This document shows positions 29,666 through 37,275 of a stretch of 38,572 bases of DNA, piece after piece (position 1 is the stretch's first letter; every line of letters begins with the position of its first letter). The notes below the pieces were generated by a model. The model saw only the letters and a program-made list of their open reading frames with translations, made no database searches and was not told the DNA's origin. Source of the stretch: a virus; the UHGV virus genome UHGV-0071757; one strand, 5' to 3'. The position numbers were made by a program, and so were the translations under genes.

Positions 29666-30208
29666 ATGGGGCAAAGCATGACTAAGCTGACCATTAACAG
29701 AAAACCAAAAGGTATTTACGGCACGCCGCAGAAAACGACGCAGGCGGCACAGGAGCAGGATAAAACCACATCGGCGCATAAAGTGATGCCCGGTAACCAG
29801 AAAGCGCAGCAGAAGCCTACAGGGGCGACACCGTGGCGGCATATGACCAAACGCCAGCGCAAAAACCGCAGGCGCGTTAACCGCCTCACTGAGTTGTGGC
29901 CTGACTTATTCAGCCGGGAAGCACTGAAGCCGCTTAAGGTGGGGATATTCGACGACCTGATGCAGGATCTCGCCGTCAGGGGGCTGGCATTCGGGCCAGG
30001 GGCATTGCGTGCGACGCTGGCATCTTATGCGCAGTGTCCGCGCTATTACCGCGCCTTAATGGCTGGTGGGGTACGCTACGACCTGAAAGGCCAGCCGTGC
30101 GGCGAGGTGACACCACAGGAACAACAGGACGCAGAAACGCGGCTGGTGGCGCTGAATGAGAAGCGCAAACGCCAGCGCCGGGCAGCAAAGGAGACAATAG
30201 GCGCATGA
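29666..30208 (+). CDS. ProQ/FinO-family RNA-binding protein
   Basis: 180 aa. LTELWPDLFSREALKPLKVGIFDDLMQDL...RYDLKGQPCGEV matches the FinO/ProQ N-terminal domain pattern. Basic N- and C-terminal tails. Confidence 0.7.
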   Translation: MGQSMTKLTINRKPKGIYGTPQKTTQAAQEQDKTTSAHKVMPGNQKAQQKPTGATPWRHMTKRQRKNRRRVNRLTELWPDLFSREALKPLKVGIFDDLMQDLAVRGLAFGPGALRATLASYAQCPRYYRALMAGGVRYDLKGQPCGEVTPQEQQDAETRLVALNEKRKRQRRAAKETIGA

Positions 30209-30492
30209 TTCACGACAGCAAAGCGGAAGCACTGGAAGCGCGTGGTCTGTACCGGAGAGCGGCGGCGCGGTGGGCTGAGGTCATCATGCTGGCGAATGAT
30301 GACAAGGCACGGGAACAGGCGGCAAAACGTCGCGCGGAATGTATCCACAAGGCAGCACGCCCACCAGCAAGGCAGGATAATTTCGGGGAGATGCGCGAAA
30401 CCATCAGCCGGGCACATGCCGGGATGGGATTACATCAGCCCAATGGTGAGGCATTCAGGAAATACCAAAAAAAGAACAATTGTAGTCAGTAA
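30205..30492 (+). CDS. PerC-family transcriptional regulator
   Basis: 95 aa. SKAEALEARGLYRRAAARWAEVIMLANDDKAREQAAKRRAECI resembles PerC-type activators. Overlaps the upstream stop. Confidence 0.65.
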   Translation: MIHDSKAEALEARGLYRRAAARWAEVIMLANDDKAREQAAKRRAECIHKAARPPARQDNFGEMRETISRAHAGMGLHQPNGEAFRKYQKKNNCSQ

Positions 30493-30626
30493 CAGAGGAT
30501 GGGATTCTCTTGGTTTTTTGTTGATGCTTTCTGAGGAAATCTACTACGTTGCTGAGCAGATGAATATTCAATTGCATCTGGGTTCCTGATAAGATTAATC
30601 TGAATATTTTCATTTGGAATAGGGAT

Positions 30627-31769
30627 ATGAATAAAACTTTAATTGCAACATTAGTCGGTATAGTAATGTTAACCGGATGTGGGCCAGAAGAGTTAACTCC
30701 AGAACAGAAACAGGAAGTAGCTGCTCTTAAAGCTGAACTGTCGCAAACGGAAGGTGAAATATCAGCAGCTAAGGAAGTTGACCAGCAGTTTTCTGGTGGG
30801 TTGATAAAAAATCTGACAACAGCAAGACTGGAAATATTAGGAACTAATAAAGCGCTTTTGGAACAGCGTATTAATGCTATTGAATCAGGTGCCAAAATTG
30901 ATGTTGTTGTATCTGGAGTAAAACCTGATCCTGAGCTTGCGGCTTCAATTAAAACTGAAATTGACAGCTTAGATGCAAAAATCAACGAAGCCAAAGCTGA
31001 TGCTCGTCAGTATAGTGGTGGTCTGATAAAGGTACTAAAATTATCTACTGTTGCCACTGAAGAGCAGACCATGGCAATGTTGCAGCAAAAGTACCTCACA
31101 GCCAAGTATGGCCTCGCTGAAGTTAAGCTGGCATCAGTACAAGCTAATGACGCAAAAAACAGTACTGAAACGGAAGTAACAGCCAAAAATTCCCAAGAGC
31201 AACTTCCTTTACTCCCGCCAGCGGATGGTCCGTTTGGCTTAGAAGCCGGTCTTACACAGAAAAACATCGAAGATATGATCGGTGCTAAGCTCAAGCCACT
31301 ACCAGACAGTGTGAATCTGTATACTTCTGATAAATTACCGAAGCAAAACGCAGATTTTGAAATGTATGGTTTGCTGATCTCCCCGAAAGCTGGTTTATGT
31401 CAAATACGGGCTTTAGGAAAAAATATTGATACTGATAGCTATGGATTGGCTCTTAAATCCAAGTTTGAAGAATTGAGTAATTCTTTAAGTTCTCTGTATG
31501 GAAAGGCTGATACTACAGACTTTTTGCTGGCTGGTTCAATTTGGAAAGATCCTCAGGACTGGATGAGGGGGCTAAACAAAAAAGAACGCTTCTTATCTGC
31601 TACATGGAAGGGAACAAAAGAAATACCATTAAAAAACAATATTGATACTATATCTATTGAGGCCAGAGCGAACAATTCCACTCAGGGATATGTCTATCTG
31701 CAGTACTCATTTACAAATGACGAAATTTGTCAGGCAGAAATTGAAGGGGCGAAAAAAAGTTCCCTTTAA
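30627..31769 (+). CDS. lipoprotein with internal repeat, unknown function
   Basis: 380 aa. Signal peptide plus lipobox VMLTGCG. Duplicated (Q/R)Q(F/Y)SGGLIK segments. Strong terminator downstream. Confidence 0.7.
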   Translation: MNKTLIATLVGIVMLTGCGPEELTPEQKQEVAALKAELSQTEGEISAAKEVDQQFSGGLIKNLTTARLEILGTNKALLEQRINAIESGAKIDVVVSGVKPDPELAASIKTEIDSLDAKINEAKADARQYSGGLIKVLKLSTVATEEQTMAMLQQKYLTAKYGLAEVKLASVQANDAKNSTETEVTAKNSQEQLPLLPPADGPFGLEAGLTQKNIEDMIGAKLKPLPDSVNLYTSDKLPKQNADFEMYGLLISPKAGLCQIRALGKNIDTDSYGLALKSKFEELSNSLSSLYGKADTTDFLLAGSIWKDPQDWMRGLNKKERFLSATWKGTKEIPLKNNIDTISIEARANNSTQGYVYLQYSFTNDEICQAEIEGAKKSSL

Positions 31770-31780
31770 ACAATCCGTGC

Positions 31781-31806
31781 AAAGCCCCTTAGTAAGGGGC
31801 TTTTAT
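31781..31806 (+). terminator. rho-independent terminator
   Basis: agcccctt/aaggggct stem followed by TTTT. Confidence 0.7.
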
Positions 31807-31833
31807 ATATTAATGTTCAACGTGGGGGATTAG

Positions 31834-32157
31834 ATGAAAGATAATCTAGCAAAACTAATTGAAAATACTTTAAAAGATATTCTATTAGCTAATGCTGCTC
31901 TAACATTCATTTTTGCAATACCAATGGCTATTATCAGTAGGCATGGGATGGGCATCACAATCTGGTTTATAACTGTGCTCATTGCACCTGCTCTGTGTGC
32001 AGTAGGTGCATGGCTTGTATCTCGAACATCCGGCCATGCTGAGGAGTTCTTTCATCGTCGGTGGGCTAAGCGAATTTATGTTTTTTATACTCTTGCGGCT
32101 GCCGAGTTTTTGCTTGTGTACTCAATCGCGCAAATAATGAAAAATCTGATGAAATAA
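31834..32157 (+). CDS. small inner-membrane protein
   Basis: 107 aa with 2-3 predicted TM segments (LLANAALTFIFAIPMAII, ITIWFITVLIAPALCAVGAWLV). SD GGGGGA upstream. Confidence 0.55.
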   Translation: MKDNLAKLIENTLKDILLANAALTFIFAIPMAIISRHGMGITIWFITVLIAPALCAVGAWLVSRTSGHAEEFFHRRWAKRIYVFYTLAAAEFLLVYSIAQIMKNLMK

Positions 32158-32445
32158 TTAACAAGTTATTATCATGGAGCTTGTGGCTGTTAACCTGCAG
32201 TGAGGCGACAATCGTGTATTTATAAAAACTTCCCCTTTTCACTCCCCGCAGCTTCTTCTGCTATTGCCTTTATGTTTGCATGCACCAACATCTGCCATAC
32301 CTTTGCAGAAAAATCAGAGCATTCAGTGCCGAAGGTTGGTTTATTGATGCTTTTCGTTTCATTTATTGCAATTGTCTCTGGTATCATTTCAATTTGTGCA
32401 ATAATTGCAATAATTGCAATTATTGTCATTCAGAAGGGATCATCA

Positions 32446-32612
32446 TGAAAAATCACGGAGTAAAGCCAGTTTTACTTTCCCGGAGGCAGATCGAAGCCCT
32501 GCAACGCATCCAGGACGAAGAGCGTCAGAAATCTGTGCTTGGTGTGGCACCGTCGATTCATGTTATCGCTCGGCAACTGATGGATAAGGCACTTAAAGAG
32601 GTGAGACTGTGA
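32446..32612 (+). CDS. hypothetical small protein (possible DNA-binding/antitoxin-like)
   Basis: Taken from the internal ATG 32446 of the 32280-32612 ORF, with AAGGG upstream, giving 55 aa. Basic helical segment SRRQIEALQRIQDEERQ. Confidence 0.4.
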
Positions 32613-32881
32613 AATTAAATATCAGAGTGGATAAACGCCAGCTATGGCAGAAAAAAGAGAACAGCGAGGCATTCAGGGCGTTGCTGGTGGAAAATCTTCA
32701 GCATCGGTTCAGTGGAGAGTTGCCTGATGCTCTAGGGAAGAAACTGGAATCCCTGACGGTGGAAATTGGCGATTATGGCTTTGTTGATGTTGAAAGCACG
32801 ACTGCCAACACAGAAATCGTAAAACAGGTCGTCAATGATGTAATGAAAACCACGCTTAGCCAGCCATCCTGGCGCAACTGA
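32609..32881 (+). CDS. hypothetical protein
   Basis: 90 aa, GTG start overlapping the upstream stop (GTGA). Followed by a hairpin. Confidence 0.5.
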   Translation: MKLNIRVDKRQLWQKKENSEAFRALLVENLQHRFSGELPDALGKKLESLTVEIGDYGFVDVESTTANTEIVKQVVNDVMKTTLSQPSWRN

Positions 32882-32886
32882 ATCAG

Positions 32887-32912
32887 TAAGGGGCGGTTAT
32901 TGCCCCTTTCCT
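32887..32912 (+). terminator. putative terminator hairpin
   Basis: aaggggc/gcccctt stem. The U-tract is weak (tttcc). Confidence 0.45.
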
Positions 32913-32962
32913 CCATACCCACAACGCATTCCCTTTCCGCATGAAATTATTTTTTATCGTAT

Positions 32963-33508
32963 ATGCATGAGGTGAGCTACATGTTGATGAGTAAAGCCGA
33001 ATACGCCAAATACAAAGGCGTAAGCCGCCAGACAGTTTACGACTGGCTCGAGAAAGGCGAAGTGGTCATGTCCGGTAAAAAAATTGATGTGGAAGCGACA
33101 GAGCAGCGGAACAGCCCACCAGCACAGGGGAAAGACACCATTTCTGAAATGTGGCCAGAAAGAACGCTGGAAATGACATGGGGCGAGTTCTGGAAAGCAG
33201 TTAAGGCCAGAGACGGTAAAATTCCTGCGCCAGTAACGGACGAGGGCATACAGCAGCGTGTGCTGTATGCAGCCGGGGAATTAGGCTGGGAAGTGCACTT
33301 TCTTGATGATGGTGCTATCTGCCTTGAGGATGATGAAGGGCAGCATTACTTTGAAAAATACAATTTGCGAGGTAATGCCAGGCTGGCAATTCGTATGCTG
33401 CGTTGCGAACTCTGCTATGTTGCAGGTGATTATCCCGATGAACCGGAATCATGGAGTGAAGCCGGGTTAAACGCCCTGGCTGAGTGGGAAAAATCAGACC
33501 ATCAATGA
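32963..33508 (+). CDS. helix-turn-helix DNA-binding protein
   Basis: 181 aa (a likelier start is ATG 32981 after GAGG). N-terminal HTH SKAEYAKYKGVSRQTVYDWLEKGEV. Ends 3 nt before the repeat region. Confidence 0.65.
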   Translation: MHEVSYMLMSKAEYAKYKGVSRQTVYDWLEKGEVVMSGKKIDVEATEQRNSPPAQGKDTISEMWPERTLEMTWGEFWKAVKARDGKIPAPVTDEGIQQRVLYAAGELGWEVHFLDDGAICLEDDEGQHYFEKYNLRGNARLAIRMLRCELCYVAGDYPDEPESWSEAGLNALAEWEKSDHQ

Positions 33509-33510
33509 CA

Positions 33511-33810
33511 TCAAAAAGTGTCAAGTTGAGCAGCTTGCCAGCTTGCCAGCTTGCCAGCTTGCCAGCTTGCCAGCTTGCCAGCTTGCCAGGTTGACACTTT
33601 ACACTCTGAACGCGAAAAAGTGTCAACCTCGCTGTAAGCCCCGCAATTACTGGGTTTGTGCCAGATTTACCACGTCAAAAAGCCGAAAAAACCGCGAAAA
33701 ATGTCAAGTTGCCATGCTTAGAAATGCTAAGGTTTTTCGCGAAAAAGTGTCAAGTGTGTCAACCTGCGATATTAAGATTTATTAAGGTCTTAAGCCGGAA
33801 AGTGTCAACC
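33511..33810. promoter_or_regulatory. array of dispersed (A)AAGTGTCAA(G/C) motifs (about 7 copies, one inverted)
   Basis: Motif copies near 33517, 33590(rc), 33619, 33700 (variant ATGTCAAG), 33746, 33755 and 33801, several with a CGCGAAAAA prefix. Confidence 0.6.
33531..33586. repeat. (CAGCTTGC)x7 octanucleotide tandem repeat
   Basis: Counted directly: 7 perfect 8-nt units (56 nt), flanked by inverted half-sites AGTGTCAA (33516-33523) and TTGACACT (33591-33598). Confidence 0.95.
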
Positions 33811-33929
33811 AGCCCCCTAAGATTTCCTAAGGTGTGATTGGACGTGCTGTACCCTTCTTGTCGCAATGTGGATGAATGACTATAGTGCTGGTAGCTTTGA
33901 CAGCAGAATCAGATTACTGAAGGAAATGT

Positions 33930-34514
33930 GTGATGAGTTTTTTTAGTCTTTATGGGAAAGAACTATTTTCTTTTTTTATAACGATTTTAACATGGATACT
34001 GAATAACAGATTTAAAAGCAAGGCAAAGTTATCCTATGGTTATCAGCATGGATTTACTTTTCTTCTCAATGAACCCTTACGGAATGCCAATGGTGAGGTA
34101 ATATCTAATTCACAGTTGGTGTATACACGATCTATTATTCTTGTTAATGAAGGGCGAGAAAGTGCTACTAATATCTCATTGGTTTTTAACTATAAGCCAA
34201 TGCATATTAATTTTTGGCCTGTCCACCATTTTGAAGAAAATATTGAACAGGATGGTCGCTATATTATCAAGTTTGAAAGCCTTGCACCTGGTGAGTCTAT
34301 TCAATGTGAAATATTATCAATAAATAGAGAAGTTCCAAGTATTCTATCGATAAGATCTAAAGAGTGTGTGGCTGAGCCAGTGAATATCGTGATGCAAAAA
34401 TCGATTAGTAATATTGCCTTACGTTGCTATCAATTATTAATACTTCTTGGAACTGGCACATTAACATATTTAATTATCGTTATTCTGCAATGGTTAGTCA
34501 CTAAAACGGGATAA
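33930..34514 (+). CDS. AT-rich membrane-anchored protein, unknown function
   Basis: 194 aa. N-terminal TM (LFSFFITILTWIL) and C-terminal TM (LLILLGTGTLTYLIIVILQWLV). Markedly AT-rich codon usage by eye. Confidence 0.6.
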   Translation: MMSFFSLYGKELFSFFITILTWILNNRFKSKAKLSYGYQHGFTFLLNEPLRNANGEVISNSQLVYTRSIILVNEGRESATNISLVFNYKPMHINFWPVHHFEENIEQDGRYIIKFESLAPGESIQCEILSINREVPSILSIRSKECVAEPVNIVMQKSISNIALRCYQLLILLGTGTLTYLIIVILQWLVTKTG

Positions 34515-34536
34515 TCCATTGTATTGAACTTATTAA

Positions 34537-34746
34537 TTGGATATGAGTGCTGATAGGAAACCTATGACCATCACCGAAGCCGATATGCTGGAGATGATCC
34601 GCAGCATTGCCGGAATCAAACAACCAGCAAGCAAAATTAACAGGTGTTCAGCGCCTGTTTCCGTTGTGCTGCAACAGGAACGCCACCAGCGGCGGGAAAA
34701 CGAAAAGGCGTACCAATGGACGAAGCCAAACAAGTTACGGCGTTAA
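34537..34746 (+). CDS. hypothetical small protein (uncertain)
   Basis: 69-aa ORF followed by a good terminator. No motif. Confidence 0.35.
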   Translation: MDMSADRKPMTITEADMLEMIRSIAGIKQPASKINRCSAPVSVVLQQERHQRRENEKAYQWTKPNKLRR

Positions 34747-34752
34747 TTAGGG

Positions 34753-34778
34753 ATGCGGGCTGGGATAGCCCGCATTTT
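34753..34778 (+). terminator. rho-independent terminator (possibly bidirectional)
   Basis: atgcgggct/agcccgcat stem followed by TTTTG. Lies between convergent ORFs. Confidence 0.6.
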
Positions 34779-34780
34779 GC

Positions 34781-35038
34781 TCACAGCTTGTTATAAATTT
34801 TTCCAGCGAAGTCATGAACCGCCTGAGGAATATCCGACGGCGTACCTAGCATTGTTGGCGCATCGGAAACAAAGAACATGATCGCTTCTTTGATTTCTTT
34901 GAAAGATGGGGTAGGGGTAATGCGCTTGAGATTTGAAACAGCCCGTCGGAACTCCGCCGTATCCATTGGATGCCTGCTAAACCACGTTGGACTAGAAGCC
35001 CAACATTTTACTGCTTCTTTCACCTTAGTGTTCATCAT
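34781..35038 (-). CDS. hypothetical small protein
   Basis: 85 aa, tandem ATG start with SD AAGGAAAA upstream on the minus strand. Confidence 0.5.
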   Translation of the reverse strand: MMNTKVKEAVKCWASSPTWFSRHPMDTAEFRRAVSNLKRITPTPSFKEIKEAIMFFVSDAPTMLGTPSDIPQAVHDFAGKIYNKL

Positions 35039-35640
35039 TTTTCCTTTTGCTTATTACCATACAAAGCATGTGGAAAGAGAAGATTAACATGGAAAATATG
35101 GGGTTGGTGAGCAAATGGTACTGGTAGCCCGTCGACATCTATCAGCATGATGATGTGAGGCCGTATCAGTGGCGGAAACCGAACAGGCTGCGACGGTGAG
35201 CGGGGCGTTATAGTAAGCCAACAGCCAAGCCAAACATTAAGCCTAAGGGTAGGGCTTTTTTGTGGCTGGTGGCGTAATGCCAACATTTTTACATGATGTT
35301 TTGAGGTATTATCTGCATGTTCGTGGTGAGGAACCACCAGAACTGATGAGCTTTTGTTTATGCATGTACTGCATGAAAACTGTCCTATAAAGTGGGGGGT
35401 AGGTGTGCTGAGGAGAACATTGTGAGCTACGCCAAATTAAATTGTGTCGGGGGTGAACAAGTTTCTTGATAGGTGTCAGTAGGCACCTATAGTTATAGGC
35501 TTCTTCAATTTTGTGTGCACAATATTTTGTATTGATTGGGGATAGGGTTGCACGCAAAATTAAAAAATGTATATTTATTAACGTGTATTTGATAATTTTT
35601 AAATAAAATATTTCTCTATGTTTATCATAAAAGGTTTTTT

Positions 35641-37239
35641 ATGAGCGTGGCAATAAAAACAATGACACCAGTGTCATATTCTATAAAAGTTGATGCGATT
35701 AAGAAAAGATTGTCATATTTTAGTGATGTTTCTTTTTTGAGAAATTTTTATGAACACTTCCAAAAAGTAAGGGATGTCGAGGTGGGTATTGTTTCCAATT
35801 TCCCTTGGTGTTGCTATCTGGCAATGAAATGGAAGTTTTGCATGAAGGAAAAAAAGCCTGCAAAAGAAATGAGTAAAAATGATTTTGTTGATATTATCAA
35901 CTTAATCTATAACTTGCAACTAGAAGCATCTAATTTAATCGTTGATGATAAAGTTATGCTAAGCCTTAGACGAATGGTGATAAATCAGTTGCTTTATCAA
36001 TCAACTGATAAATTTAATGCCAATTCATTAACAAGACAGTATATTTGGTATTGCTTGAATGATGAATCATATTATAAAGATAAGTTTTTAGAATGTACTG
36101 GTTTACATTTGGAAAACTATTACAAAATGGCATGTTATTTTACCGCTATTTCATGTATTAATCCTGATATAGAATCAGAGGTTATTCCATTTAAACACTT
36201 GATAATAAACTTGGTTCCGATATTTGGTCCGGAACAAGTGAAAAGATTTTTGGAATTAACATGCTTAAAAATTGATGGTGTGAGAGATTTTATTGCCCCA
36301 TATAAATTGGATAAAAACATTACCGCTGAGTATTATGAAGATACACCATTCCTCAGTAAACCAATGTTTTTAGATGGCGATGGTGTAGTGATATTATGCA
36401 AAAGAATCATGAAGTCAGGGTTTGTCAACCTAGTTCCAGAATTGTTCAAGCAGGTCTATAAGGAATCTTATAAAGAAAAATTTGGTAAGACGATGGAACT
36501 TTATATTTCTCGCTTTCTTGATAAGTACAATTATAACTTTAAGACTGAAAGGGAGGTTAAGAGGATTTATAGTGATAATGCAATAAAAAATTGCAAGTCC
36601 GTAGATTTTGTTATTTCAGAGGGAGATTCAATAGTTTATATTGACTCGAAGGCAATAGAGCCTGCAAAGTTCGTTAAAACATCTAATAATGCTCAGTTGC
36701 TAAAGGAAAGGTTGAATAAGAGTTTTATTAAAGGGATTTATCAAGGTCAGGAATGTGCTTTTAACTTAAATAAAATAGAGATGAGAAAACCATCTTCGAA
36801 AGATTCAATGTTAATTGTGGTGCATCGGGATCATCATATATCAAATGCAATGGTTGTGCAGGATTTTATTAACCCTGATTTATCAACTGAGTTATCTGAA
36901 AAATATCATAGTATCCCCATTGATCTAAAAAGAATTTACTATATAACAATTGATGAGTTCGAATTATTACTTATGATGTGTAAACAGAAAGAACTATCTA
37001 TTAATGAGTTTATTGATATGTGTGTGGAAAAAGATTCATTCCCTCATACTCAGAAGTCTAATCTAAGCATGCACATATATGAATTTGCACCAGAGGGTAT
37101 TGATGATGATCAATTGATTGTAAAAGGAAGAGACTTACTGATTGATGATGTTATTGAAAATATGAAAGAGAGTGCATCAAAATGGTCTGGGAAAGTTGAT
37201 ATGTATCTTAAAATAAAAGATTATATTTTTAATTGGTAA
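35641..37239 (+). CDS. orphan 532-aa protein, possible PD-(D/E)xK-like nuclease motif; candidate defence/accessory protein
   Basis: Long ORF with strongly AT-rich codon usage, its own AT-rich upstream region and a strong terminator. Segment SVDFVISEGDSIVYIDSKA fits a beta-hairpin D ... (D/E)xK pattern. No other recognisable motif. Confidence 0.7.
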   Translation: MSVAIKTMTPVSYSIKVDAIKKRLSYFSDVSFLRNFYEHFQKVRDVEVGIVSNFPWCCYLAMKWKFCMKEKKPAKEMSKNDFVDIINLIYNLQLEASNLIVDDKVMLSLRRMVINQLLYQSTDKFNANSLTRQYIWYCLNDESYYKDKFLECTGLHLENYYKMACYFTAISCINPDIESEVIPFKHLIINLVPIFGPEQVKRFLELTCLKIDGVRDFIAPYKLDKNITAEYYEDTPFLSKPMFLDGDGVVILCKRIMKSGFVNLVPELFKQVYKESYKEKFGKTMELYISRFLDKYNYNFKTEREVKRIYSDNAIKNCKSVDFVISEGDSIVYIDSKAIEPAKFVKTSNNAQLLKERLNKSFIKGIYQGQECAFNLNKIEMRKPSSKDSMLIVVHRDHHISNAMVVQDFINPDLSTELSEKYHSIPIDLKRIYYITIDEFELLLMMCKQKELSINEFIDMCVEKDSFPHTQKSNLSMHIYEFAPEGIDDDQLIVKGRDLLIDDVIENMKESASKWSGKVDMYLKIKDYIFNW

Positions 37240-37243
37240 TTAA

Positions 37244-37275
37244 GCAAGGGTGTTATTATCAACACCCTTGCTCAT
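37244..37275 (+). terminator. rho-independent terminator
   Basis: 11-bp stem gcaagggtgtt/aacacccttgc with a 6-nt loop. Confidence 0.65.

Noticed and set aside
30455-30994. 179-aa minus-strand ORF overlapping the lipoprotein start
   Set aside because: Overlaps a lipoprotein gene with clear signal peptide and lipobox. It is an antisense artefact.
32200-32448. 82-aa hydrophobic ORF containing the 9-bp repeats as a confident gene
   Set aside because: No clear SD, and its composition is driven by the repeat. Kept only as a possibility in findings.
33315-33785. ORFs 33315-33626 (-) and 33543-33785 (+) spanning the octamer repeats
   Set aside because: Their translations are dominated by the repeat (QAGKLASW and PACQLAS periodicity), with no SD. 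They are artefacts of the repeat keeping frames open.
35035-35557. Minus-strand ORFs 35035-35337 and 35309-35557 upstream of the 532-aa gene
   Set aside because: They lie in the promoter/leader region. Translations are Pro/His/Arg-rich without SDs, so likely non-coding.
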